From an uncultured Verrucomicrobiota bacterium (lineage in GTDB: Bacteria; Verrucomicrobiota; Kiritimatiellia; CAIVKH01), in NCBI GenBank assembly GCA_937873455.1, contig CALMYG010000177.1:60118-124117 (forward strand): a stretch of 64,000 nt of DNA, in the 5' to 3' direction. Position 1 is the first letter of the stretch; each line of letters opens with the position of its first letter. This document shows, one piece after another, positions 19,901 through 28,629 of the stretch. The notes beneath the pieces are model-generated. The model searched no databases. It saw only the letters and a program-made list of their open reading frames with translations, and was not told the DNA's origin. A program made the translations under genes and the position numbers.

Positions 19901-20104
19901 ACAGGGGCACAAACTTTCGCACGTTCCGTCCGGCGAGACGTTGGCCCGGGTGGTCAGGGAGCGGTTGCCGAACGACAGCGTGCCTTCGAGGATCGGCGCG
20001 TCAAACCGAACCTCAAGCACCGCGCCACGCTCGTAAAGCAACTTGGCGTCGCGGTACACCGCTTCCCCGGCCCATTCCTTCAATAGTTTTTGCGTAAACT
20101 CCAT
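16916..20104 (-). CDS. SNF2-family helicase with an N-terminal SWIM zinc finger
   Basis: It has a SWIM-like CxC...CxH ([23 protein letters not shown]). The SNF2 ATPase motifs are [16 protein letters not shown] (I) and DEAQHIKN (II). Helicase-C motifs appear near the C-terminus ([23 protein letters not shown]...[11 protein letters not shown]). Confidence 0.9.
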   Translation of the reverse strand: [1062 protein letters not shown]

Positions 20105-20177
20105 GGTTCCGACTTCCCGGCCACCGGATGGTTTCCTCCAAACACAATCGGCGATAATACGAAATCAAAACGTCGAG

Positions 20178-21359
20178 TCACGCGGAAAGGATCGACGCCA
20201 ACCGGTCCAATACCCAGCGGTATTCCCAGGATAAACTTTCGGAAAGCCGGTTTTCGCCTACGCCTTCCGGCAGAACGGCGAACGTGTAGGTTTCAATTTC
20301 GAGATGGGGGCAACCGCCGGCGGTGATTTCCCGCCAGAACGATTCGTCCATATTCGAGCCGGTGGAATAGATGGGTGCGCTCCCCGCCCAGTGCAGCGGA
20401 ACATGAAAATGCGTGCGCGCTTCTTCCCAGTCCGGCGGATCATCGCATGCCGATATAGCGGCATCCAAATCGACAAAACGCCTCCACGCTCCCGGCGAAC
20501 CGACCACGGTTTGGTGCAGGTATACCGGCTCGATAAACTGCGCCCAGGCTTTCCGCCAGCCTGCTTCCGGGCGGACCGAAAGCGCGGCGCTGAGTTGCGT
20601 CTTGACCAGGGCGATTCCGTTTGCGCGCAAGGCGGCGATGGCCGAAGCCGGCGACTCATCAGCCAGCGCGCAATGACACGTATCCAAGCAAACCCCGACC
20701 CGACGACGGCGAACGCCTTCCTCCGAACCAGCGCCCCCGGCAAAGAATTCGCCGAGAAAGTCAATGGCATCCGCGGATGATTCCAACGCACACCACGGTT
20801 CCGGCTCGAGCCCCAAGCGTATTTCCGCGCCGGTTGACTCGGCCAGTTTATCCAGATGCCGGGCGACGTCTCCAAGATGCTGGCCCGCGCGTTGCCGAGC
20901 CGCGGCGCGATCACCGGCACGCGTATAATCCGGCGCGTACCAACCGGGAACGGTGCTGATACTCCCGACCATGCCGGAAGGCAACCATTTGCTCAAGACA
21001 TCAGCCAAGCCCATCGTGTAATCCCGGCGCCTCGGATCCGTCCAGTCGGGTCGATACACCGCGGATTTAACCGGCTGACCATGAAACGCGCCGAAAGGAA
21101 AACCATTGAGCGTGAAGACATAGAAGCCGTGGTCCCGGCACCAGACTCCAAAATCATCGGCTAACGTTCCGGATTGCAATTCCGCCAGCGCGCGCGCGCC
21201 GATGCGCAACCCCAAGCCGAAAGGTTCGGTGATCCCCAAACGGTCGCGCACCTCGGTGGCACATCCACGAACGGCCGTCCATTGGTCATGAAAACGTTCG
21301 CCGGCATGCACGTTGAGGCAATACGTCAGGTGCACGGGCGGCTGAACCGGCGCTCTCAT
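20178..21359 (-). CDS. Xylose-isomerase-like TIM-barrel protein (sugar-phosphate isomerase/epimerase family; EboE-like)
   Basis: It is ~393 aa with an Asp/Glu/His-rich TIM-barrel pattern (LGLEPEPW, CLDTCHCAL). It is ATGA-coupled to the upstream DHQS-like gene. The family assignment is by resemblance and has not been searched. Confidence 0.5.
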   Translation of the reverse strand: MRAPVQPPVHLTYCLNVHAGERFHDQWTAVRGCATEVRDRLGITEPFGLGLRIGARALAELQSGTLADDFGVWCRDHGFYVFTLNGFPFGAFHGQPVKSAVYRPDWTDPRRRDYTMGLADVLSKWLPSGMVGSISTVPGWYAPDYTRAGDRAAARQRAGQHLGDVARHLDKLAESTGAEIRLGLEPEPWCALESSADAIDFLGEFFAGGAGSEEGVRRRRVGVCLDTCHCALADESPASAIAALRANGIALVKTQLSAALSVRPEAGWRKAWAQFIEPVYLHQTVVGSPGAWRRFVDLDAAISACDDPPDWEEARTHFHVPLHWAGSAPIYSTGSNMDESFWREITAGGCPHLEIETYTFAVLPEGVGENRLSESLSWEYRWVLDRLASILSA

Positions 21360-22522
21360 AAGGCGAAAGCCCGCAAGGCCCCCAGCGCTTCCTCCATGAG
21401 CGCCTCATCAATTTCGCTGATCTCCATGCAATGGCCGACGCCCTGTGGCACGGTGATGCACAGGATACCGCCCAGATGTTCGCGAAATCGCTCCAGGCCA
21501 TTGAACAGGACCAGTCGCCCCCGGGGATCCCGCCGCTCCAGCGCTTCATGCCAGAGCGTAAACCCGGTCCGACGCAAGGCGAGGATGAGCCGGTGAGCGT
21601 CCGCCTCGGGCAACCACCCGCGACGCACGGCATACAGCGAGTCCAGCGCCACACCGATCGCCACCGCCGCGCCGTGGCCAACCTGATAACCGGTTTGCGC
21701 CTCCACGTGGTGCGCCGACCAATGCCCAAAATCCAACGGCCGCGCCCGACCCATCTCAAACGGGTCGCCACCCTCCCGGATATGGGTCAAATGCAATTCC
21801 GCGCAACGGACTACCAGGCGCTCCATCGCAGCCGCATCACGTGCCGCCAACGTGTCAGCCTCCCGGTCAAGCCAATCGAAGAAGGCCGTGTCCTTGATCA
21901 TCGCCACTTTGAACGCTTCGGCGATACCGGCGCGCCATTCGGCATCCGGAAGGCTGGCGAGAAAGTTCAAATCATTGAGAACGGCAAACGGCGGCGCAAA
22001 GGTGCCGAGAAGGTTTTTCCCGCACGGATCGTTGATGGCGGTTTTCACCCCGACCCCGCCGTCGTTCTGGGAAAGCACGGTGGTGGGCAACCGGATCATC
22101 CGGACCCCCCGATGCAGCAGCGAAGCGGCAAAACCCACCGCATCCAGAACCGCCCCGCCGCCGATCGCCATGACAAACGAATGGCGGTCCAGCGATGCCT
22201 CGGCCATCCCGCGGATCAGTTCGTCGATGCGCGCCCGATCCGACTTCAACGCCTCACCACCCCGAATCCCCCGGGGCGAGCCGACCAGATCAATGTTTGG
22301 AGCAACGGCCCGGAGGTAACATGCCAAGCGGTAGAGCAATGCCGGATGCGCCTCGGAAACCGCATCTTCCACGATCACCAACATGCGCGGATGGGGATGG
22401 CGGGCCACCTCCGGAGCAAGAATTTCCGCCAGTGCCGCATTTTCAGGGGCGAAAACGTCGCGGGTGAACACCACCGGATAGCGGTAGCGAACGGTTATAT
22501 CCTGTACGATGCGATGGGTCAT
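21356..22522 (-). CDS. 3-dehydroquinate synthase-like sugar-phosphate cyclase superfamily protein
   Basis: AIGGGAVLDAVGFAAS is the Gly-rich NAD-binding motif. ...LPTTVLSQNDGGVG... and a His-rich C-terminal metal site (HWSAHHVEAQ...HGAAVA) match DHQS-like enzymes. Confidence 0.7.
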   Translation of the reverse strand: MTHRIVQDITVRYRYPVVFTRDVFAPENAALAEILAPEVARHPHPRMLVIVEDAVSEAHPALLYRLACYLRAVAPNIDLVGSPRGIRGGEALKSDRARIDELIRGMAEASLDRHSFVMAIGGGAVLDAVGFAASLLHRGVRMIRLPTTVLSQNDGGVGVKTAINDPCGKNLLGTFAPPFAVLNDLNFLASLPDAEWRAGIAEAFKVAMIKDTAFFDWLDREADTLAARDAAAMERLVVRCAELHLTHIREGGDPFEMGRARPLDFGHWSAHHVEAQTGYQVGHGAAVAIGVALDSLYAVRRGWLPEADAHRLILALRRTGFTLWHEALERRDPRGRLVLFNGLERFREHLGGILCITVPQGVGHCMEISEIDEALMEEALGALRAFAL

Positions 22523-22660
22523 GGCATTGACGGAAAAATGTAGCTCACCCAGCGCGATCCCACAACTTCACTTTGCGACCGAGACAGGACCATTTTTTCT
22601 ATCGTGTTGTTAAGCCGTTGTGTTAGCTTTTCGTTTAACACCAAAAAACGCGGGGAAATT

Positions 22661-23839
22661 ATGAAAGTCGTCTTGATTGTTTTGGACTCCGTCGGCATCG
22701 GCCATGCGCCGGATGCCTCCGCATACGGCGACGAAGGCGCCGCCACCCTCCCTCATATCGGCGAAGCGGTCGGCGGTCTTGTCCTTCCGACCCTTCAAGC
22801 CCTTGGCCTGGGCAACATTCCCGCCCTGATCCCGGGATCTCCGGCCATACCCGGCATCGCCCCACATCGCCAACCACTCGCCCATTACGGGGTGATGATC
22901 GAAAAGTCCCAGGGCAAGGACACGGTCACCGGCCACTGGGAAATCGTGGGGCTGGAACTGATTCCCGGCTTTCACCTGTTTCCGCCGGGACCACCCTCGT
23001 TTCCTGATGAATTGGTCCGGCAGTTCGAAGAACGCACCGGGCGGGGCATTCTCGGAAACAAAGCGGCCAGCGGCACCGGGATCATCGATGCGTGCGGCGC
23101 GCAACACATGCAAGAGAAGAAATGGATCGTCTATACCAGCGCCGACAGCGTATTCCAGATCGCCGCGCACGAGGAAGTCATCCCGCTGCCCGAATTGTAC
23201 CGGGCCTGCGAAATCGCCCGGGAGCTTTGTGATGCCTACCGGGTCGGGCGGGTCATCGCACGCCCCTTCATCGGACAGCCGGGCGCATTTCAACGCACGG
23301 AAAACCGGCGCGATTACGCGTTTAAACCATCTGAACCAACCGTACTGGAAAAATTGACCGCCGCCGGTCATGCCGTGTACGCCGTCGGGAAAATCGAAGA
23401 CATTGTCGCCCACCGGGGCATCACCGAATCCAACCACACCGGCAACAACCGCGACTCGCAAAAAGCGGTCGAAGCGTTCATGAAGAAGCCGGGCGACGGC
23501 CTGATCTTCGCCAACTTCATCGATTTCGACATGATCTATGGCCACCGCCGCGACCCGCAAGGGTACGCCGACAGCTTAAAACAAACCGACGATTGGCTCG
23601 CCGGGTTTATTCCCACCTTGGCTCAAGACGACGTCCTGATCCTGACCGCTGATCACGGCAACGACCCGACCTGGAAAGGTACCGATCATACCCGGGAGAC
23701 CGTTCCCCTGCTGCTGTACCGCCCCGGACAGACCGGAATATCCCTCGGGGTTCGCAACGGTTATTACGATGTCGCCCAGTCCATCGCCACGCTTTTTGGA
23801 ATTGATCCCATGACGCGGGGCGTGTCATTTATTTCATAA
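22661..23839 (+). CDS. deoB: Phosphopentomutase
   Basis: MKVVLIVLDSVGIGHAPDA...GDEG at the N-terminus and a C-terminal ...ILTADHGNDPT... match the metalloenzyme-superfamily DeoB. The start was assigned to the ATG at 22661 with an upstream GGGGA. Confidence 0.9.
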   Translation: MKVVLIVLDSVGIGHAPDASAYGDEGAATLPHIGEAVGGLVLPTLQALGLGNIPALIPGSPAIPGIAPHRQPLAHYGVMIEKSQGKDTVTGHWEIVGLELIPGFHLFPPGPPSFPDELVRQFEERTGRGILGNKAASGTGIIDACGAQHMQEKKWIVYTSADSVFQIAAHEEVIPLPELYRACEIARELCDAYRVGRVIARPFIGQPGAFQRTENRRDYAFKPSEPTVLEKLTAAGHAVYAVGKIEDIVAHRGITESNHTGNNRDSQKAVEAFMKKPGDGLIFANFIDFDMIYGHRRDPQGYADSLKQTDDWLAGFIPTLAQDDVLILTADHGNDPTWKGTDHTRETVPLLLYRPGQTGISLGVRNGYYDVAQSIATLFGIDPMTRGVSFIS

Positions 23840-23853
23840 CGAAGGAGTCCCCT

Positions 23854-25158
23854 ATGTTGCCGCAATGGATCATCGAAAAGAAACGCGACGGGAAAGCCCT
23901 GAGCGAAGAAGAAATCCGTTTTTTTATCCGGGGTTACACCGATGGAACCCTTCCCGATTATCAAATGTCCGCCCTGGCCATGGCGATTTACTTTCAGGGC
24001 ATGACCCCGGAAGAGGTTTCCGTGCTGGTCGATGCGATGATGCGCTCCGGCGATCTCGTCGACACCTCCTCCATTCCGCTGCCCAAGGCGGACAAACATT
24101 CGACCGGCGGCATCGGCGACAAGGTCTCCCTGGTGCTGGCCCCCCTGGTCGCTTGTTTTGATGTCGCCGTTCCCATGATTTCCGGGCGCGGCCTCGGCAT
24201 CACTGGCGGCACCCTGGACAAACTGGAATCCATACCCGGCTATCAAGCCAAGATCGCGGAATCCCACTTTATTGATGTCATCAAGCAATGCGGTTGCTCC
24301 ATCATCGGCCAAACCGACCGCCTCGCCCCCGCGGACAAAAAGTTGTACGCGTTGCGGGATGTCACCGCGACGGTGCCCTCCATCCCCCTCATCACCGCCA
24401 GCATCATGTGCAAAAAAATGGCCGAAGGCATCGACGCCCTCGTTCTGGATGTCAAATGCGGCTCCGGCGCCTTTATGAAAACCCGCGATGATGCGCGCGC
24501 GCTCGCTCAAAGCATGATCAACGTCGGCAAGGCGATGAACAAAAAAGTCTCGGCGATCGTGACCGACATGAACCAACCGCTCGGCAAAACCGCCGGCAAT
24601 GCGCTTGAGGTGATCGAGTCGGTCGAAACCTTGCGCGGAGAAGGACCAGCGGATTTAGTCGATCTTACCGTCGTGTTCGCGGCGGAAATGATCGGCCTGG
24701 TCCACCCCGTGTCCGATCCGGCGGCGCTCGACCGGCAACTGCGTGAAAAGCTGGTAAACGGCGAGGCGCTCGCCCGCTTTCGCGAGATGGTACGCCTGCA
24801 ACACGGCGATGTCGGAGCCATCGACGATCTTTCCCGGCTGCCCAAAGCCCGGATTGTCCGCCCCTTCCCCGCGCCGCGCGGCGGTTTCGTGTCCAAAGTT
24901 CACGCCGAAACCATCGGCCGCGCGTGCATCGTGCTCGGTGCGGGACGTAAAAAGACCGAAGATCCGGTCGATTTCGCGGTCGGGGTATCCCACCTGGTCA
25001 AGATCGGCGACCGCATCGAAGCCGGCGCGCCGCTGCTGATGATTCACGCCAACGACGAAGCCAAGCTGAATGAGGCGGAACGTATGCTGGCCGAAGCTTT
25101 TAACATATCGGATGCGCCGGTTCCCCCGTCACCCGCCGTATTGGAGCGACTGGCGTAG
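23854..25158 (+). CDS. deoA: Thymidine/pyrimidine-nucleoside phosphorylase
   Basis: Family motifs include ...KKRDGKALSEEEI..., ...DKHSTGGIGDKVSL... and SGRGLGITGGTLDKLESIPG. It is ~434 aa. Confidence 0.9.
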   Translation: MLPQWIIEKKRDGKALSEEEIRFFIRGYTDGTLPDYQMSALAMAIYFQGMTPEEVSVLVDAMMRSGDLVDTSSIPLPKADKHSTGGIGDKVSLVLAPLVACFDVAVPMISGRGLGITGGTLDKLESIPGYQAKIAESHFIDVIKQCGCSIIGQTDRLAPADKKLYALRDVTATVPSIPLITASIMCKKMAEGIDALVLDVKCGSGAFMKTRDDARALAQSMINVGKAMNKKVSAIVTDMNQPLGKTAGNALEVIESVETLRGEGPADLVDLTVVFAAEMIGLVHPVSDPAALDRQLREKLVNGEALARFREMVRLQHGDVGAIDDLSRLPKARIVRPFPAPRGGFVSKVHAETIGRACIVLGAGRKKTEDPVDFAVGVSHLVKIGDRIEAGAPLLMIHANDEAKLNEAERMLAEAFNISDAPVPPSPAVLERLA

Positions 25159-25214
25159 TACAACCCGAAGGACCGCACGAGACGTGATGCGTTCCCGTAA
25201 CCAAGGAAACAACA

Positions 25215-26042
25215 ATGAACATGGAAATTCTGGATAAAGCCCTTGCCGTGGTGCGCGAGCGGCTCGGCAACCCGCAACCTACGGCCGGCTTGATCCTCGG
25301 CTCCGGATGGGGCGATGTACTGGAATCGTTTGAGATCGAGAAGACCCTGCCGTATGAGGAAATTCCCGGACTGGGCAAGACCGGCGTGGTCGGCCATTCC
25401 GGCCGGCTGATCCTCGCCCGGGGCGCGGGTATTTCCACCCTGATCTTCCAGGGTCGGCGTCATTATTACGAGGGCGAAGGCTGGACCCCGGTGGCGCTTC
25501 CGGTCTACGTCCTCAAACAACTGGGCGTATCCTGGGTGCTGCTCACCAACGCGGCCGGCGGCGTGCGCGCCGACCTGACCCCGGGAAGCCTGATGGTGCT
25601 GTCTGATCACGTCAACAACATGGGAACCAATCCCCTGATCGGCCCGCACCACCCGGCCTGGGGGCCGCGCTTCCCCGACCTGTCCCACGCCTACGACGCT
25701 CCCATGCGGTCCGCGCTCGCGCGGGCCGGCGCCGCCGCCGGGCTCAACGTCTCCGAAGGCGTCTACCTCGCCTCCACCGGACCCTTTTACGAAACGCCCG
25801 CGGAAATTCGCGCATACCGCACCCTCGGCGCGGACGCGGTCGGCATGTCCACCGTGCCGGAAACGTTGCTGGCCAACGCGGCCGGGTTGCGGGTCGCCGG
25901 TCTTTCCTGCATCACCAACAGCGCGGCGGGCATCAGCGCCCACCCGCTCAGCCACGAAGAAGTCACGGAAACCTCCCGGCAAACCATGCCCAAGATGAAG
26001 GCCATGATCGCCGGCTTCTGGAAGGAAATGGCCCATGCATGA
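25215..26042 (+). CDS. punA: Purine nucleoside phosphorylase (PNP/MTAP family)
   Basis: It is ~275 aa with LILGSGWG, ...HSGRLILARG... and ...GMSTVPE... motifs. Its end overlaps cdd by 8 nt. Confidence 0.85.
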   Translation: MNMEILDKALAVVRERLGNPQPTAGLILGSGWGDVLESFEIEKTLPYEEIPGLGKTGVVGHSGRLILARGAGISTLIFQGRRHYYEGEGWTPVALPVYVLKQLGVSWVLLTNAAGGVRADLTPGSLMVLSDHVNNMGTNPLIGPHHPAWGPRFPDLSHAYDAPMRSALARAGAAAGLNVSEGVYLASTGPFYETPAEIRAYRTLGADAVGMSTVPETLLANAAGLRVAGLSCITNSAAGISAHPLSHEEVTETSRQTMPKMKAMIAGFWKEMAHA

Positions 26043-26439
26043 GATGGCGGAAAAAATGATCGAAGCGGCAATTGAAGTCGCCGCCCGCGCCTACGCCCCC
26101 TACTCCAAGTTTCATGTCGGCGCAGCCTTGTTGACCCATGACGGCGAAATCATCGTCGGCTGCAATGTGGAAAACGCCTCCTACGGGCTCACCATTTGCG
26201 CTGAGCGCAATGCCATCTTCGCCGCGGTGGCCCGGAACATCCGGACCTTCCGCGCAGTGGCCATTGTCGCCGATGGCGAGGTCATGCCGTTTCCCTGCGG
26301 CGCCTGCCGCCAGGTCTTGAGCGAATTTTGCGGGCCGGCCACCCCGGTTTATGTCGCATCGATCAGCAAGCCTGGCGAAATCAAGGCGCTGACCATGGGC
26401 GAGCTGCTCCCGCATGCCTTCGCCTTCGGGGATGAGTGA
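26035..26439 (+). CDS. cdd: Cytidine deaminase
   Basis: The zinc-binding motifs CAERNA and PCGACRQ are present. It is ~134 aa, matching the homotetrameric type. Confidence 0.85.
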   Translation: MHEMAEKMIEAAIEVAARAYAPYSKFHVGAALLTHDGEIIVGCNVENASYGLTICAERNAIFAAVARNIRTFRAVAIVADGEVMPFPCGACRQVLSEFCGPATPVYVASISKPGEIKALTMGELLPHAFAFGDE

Positions 26440-27152
26440 AAACCAAGCTTAAACTCGAAATCGCTCCCCAACCCGACAACACCACCTGCGGGCCGACCTG
26501 CCTGCATGCGGTCTACCGTTATTATGGCGATGGCATTCCCTTGCCCGATGTCGTGCGGGAGGTCCCCTCGTTAAAAACCGGCGGCACGCTCGGCGTCATG
26601 CTTGCCGGCCATGCCTTGCGCCGGGGCTATCGCGCCACCATCTACTCGTACAACCTGAAGTTATTTGATCCGACCTGGTTCTCCTTGCCTTCGGAGGAAA
26701 TCTGCCGTCGCCTGAAGCGTCAGGCGCGTTTTAAAAAGCGGGAAAAACTGCAAAAGGCGACCCGCGCCTACATCGACTTCCTCGAACTGGGCGGGCGGTT
26801 AAAAACCCTGGACCTCAATGCCCGATTGCTCCGGAAATACCTCAACCGCAATATCCCGATCCTCACCGGGCTCAGCTCCACCTATCTTTACCAGACCGCC
26901 CGCGAATACGGCCCGCACGATGTCGATGACGACCTGCGCGGCCACCCCGCCGGCCATTTCGTGGTTCTGCGCGGCTACGACCGCCGGCGCAAAACCGTCT
27001 TTATCGCCGACCCGCTGGAAAGCAACCCCTACTCCGCCGACCATCAATACCAACTCGGCATCGACCGCGTCATCTGCGCCATCCTGCTCGGGATCGTCAC
27101 CGACGACGCCAACTTAATCATTTTGGAACCCCCCAAAACCACCAACCCCTAA
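26436..27152 (+). CDS. Peptidase C39-like (papain-fold) domain protein
   Basis: Q-x6-CGPTCLHAV matches the C39 Gln/Cys active-site block. A later HPAGHFVVLRGYD supplies the His. The GTG start overlaps the cdd stop (GTGA). Confidence 0.55.
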   Translation: MKTKLKLEIAPQPDNTTCGPTCLHAVYRYYGDGIPLPDVVREVPSLKTGGTLGVMLAGHALRRGYRATIYSYNLKLFDPTWFSLPSEEICRRLKRQARFKKREKLQKATRAYIDFLELGGRLKTLDLNARLLRKYLNRNIPILTGLSSTYLYQTAREYGPHDVDDDLRGHPAGHFVVLRGYDRRRKTVFIADPLESNPYSADHQYQLGIDRVICAILLGIVTDDANLIILEPPKTTNP

Positions 27153-27159
27153 CCCCGTC

Positions 27160-28629
27160 ATGTATATTCTCGTTGTTGTCGACAACCCCAAGTACTGGCC
27201 GCTCAACATTCAAAACGTCGAAGTCGTCCAGGCCCGCAAATACATCACCGAGCCGGCCTTCACCCGCATTGGAGATGCCCGGGTGTTCAACCTCTGCCGC
27301 TCCTACCGTTACCAAAGCACCGGATATTACGTGTCGTTGCTGGCCGCCGCCCGCGGCCACAAGCCGATCCCCGATGTCTCCACCATTCGCGACCTGCAAT
27401 TTCCGACCATCGTCCGGCTCGCCTCGGAAACCCTCGAAGAGGAAATGGATCGCGCGCTTGCCGACCATAAAGGCAACCGCTTCACCTTGAGCATTTATTT
27501 CGGGCGCAACCTTGCCAAGCGCTATGACCGGTTGAGCATGGAACTGTTCAACCTGTTCCGCGCTCCCTTGCTCCGCGCCGAATTCGTGAAAGAGGAAGGC
27601 AAGTGGCAACTACAGGGCATCGGCCCGATCGCCGTCAGCGAAGTACCGGAAAGCCACCACGCCTTTATTGTCATTGTCGCCTCGGACTTTTTCCGCGGAC
27701 GCCACCGCCGGCTCCGCCCGCGCGCCCAAGCCGCGTATTCAATGGCCATCCTGACCAATCCCAAGGACGAAGGCGCGCCGTCCAACCCCCGCGCCCTGGA
27801 AAAATTCATCGAAGCAGCGGAAAAAATCGGAATCGACGCCGAGCTGATCGACCGCGACGCCTACAGCCGCCTTCCCGAATACGACGCCCTGTTCATCCGT
27901 GAAACCACGTCGGTCACCAATCATACCTTCCGTTTCGCGCGCCGCGCCGAGGCGGAGGGCCTGGTCGTGATCGACGACCCGCAATCCATCCTCAAGTGCA
28001 CCAACAAGGTGTACCTTGAAGAACTGCTTACCCGGCATCGCATTCCCACCCCCAAATCCATCATTGTTCACCGCGACAACCTCGACCTCCTGCCCTATGA
28101 AATCGGGTTCCCGCTCATTCTCAAGCAACCCGACTCCTCCTACTCCGTCGGCGTCATCAAGATCGACAACAAGGAGCAACTCGAACGGGAAGCCCCGCCG
28201 ATGCTGGAGGATTCCGAACTGCTGATCGCCCAGGAATTCCTGCCCACCGAATTCGACTGGCGCATCGGGGTGATCGACGGCAAACCCTTTTATGCCTGCA
28301 AGTACTACATGGCCCGCAAGCACTGGCAGATCGTCCGCCGGGAAAAACAGACCGTGATGGAAGGCCGCGTCCAAGCCATTGCCCTGCGCAATGTGCCCGA
28401 CAAAGTCATTGATGTCGCGGTCAAGGCCTCCCGCCTGATCGGCGACGGACTCTACGGCATCGACCTCAAGCAGATCGGCAACAAGCTCTATGTGATCGAA
28501 ATCAACGACAACCCCAACCTCGATGCCGGCTTCGAAGATGCCGTCGTCAAAAACCGGCTGTACGAAACGGTCATGAAAAGTTTTCTCCGCCGGATCAAGG
28601 CGGCCAAGCAATTGCGGAAATCCCGATGA
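27160..28629 (+). CDS. RimK-family ATP-grasp ligase (alpha-L-glutamate ligase-like) with a ~200-aa N-terminal extension
   Basis: The C-terminal ~280 aa are ATP-grasp: ...FPLILKQPDSSYSVGV..., ...LIAQEFLPTEFDWRIGVIDGK..., ...GLYGIDLKQIGNKLYVIEINDNPN.... The N-terminal domain is of a pre-ATP-grasp type. Confidence 0.8.
   Translation: MYILVVVDNPKYWPLNIQNVEVVQARKYITEPAFTRIGDARVFNLCRSYRYQSTGYYVSLLAAARGHKPIPDVSTIRDLQFPTIVRLASETLEEEMDRALADHKGNRFTLSIYFGRNLAKRYDRLSMELFNLFRAPLLRAEFVKEEGKWQLQGIGPIAVSEVPESHHAFIVIVASDFFRGRHRRLRPRAQAAYSMAILTNPKDEGAPSNPRALEKFIEAAEKIGIDAELIDRDAYSRLPEYDALFIRETTSVTNHTFRFARRAEAEGLVVIDDPQSILKCTNKVYLEELLTRHRIPTPKSIIVHRDNLDLLPYEIGFPLILKQPDSSYSVGVIKIDNKEQLEREAPPMLEDSELLIAQEFLPTEFDWRIGVIDGKPFYACKYYMARKHWQIVRREKQTVMEGRVQAIALRNVPDKVIDVAVKASRLIGDGLYGIDLKQIGNKLYVIEINDNPNLDAGFEDAVVKNRLYETVMKSFLRRIKAAKQLRKSR

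Noticed and set aside
21431-22543. 370-aa plus-strand ORF antisense to the DHQS-like gene
   Set aside because: The minus-strand frame carries the GGGAVLD NAD motif and His-rich metal site. The antisense frame is Arg/Pro/His-rich and featureless.
22610-23560. 316-aa minus-strand ORF antisense to deoB
   Set aside because: deoB is clear on the plus strand. The antisense product is low-complexity.
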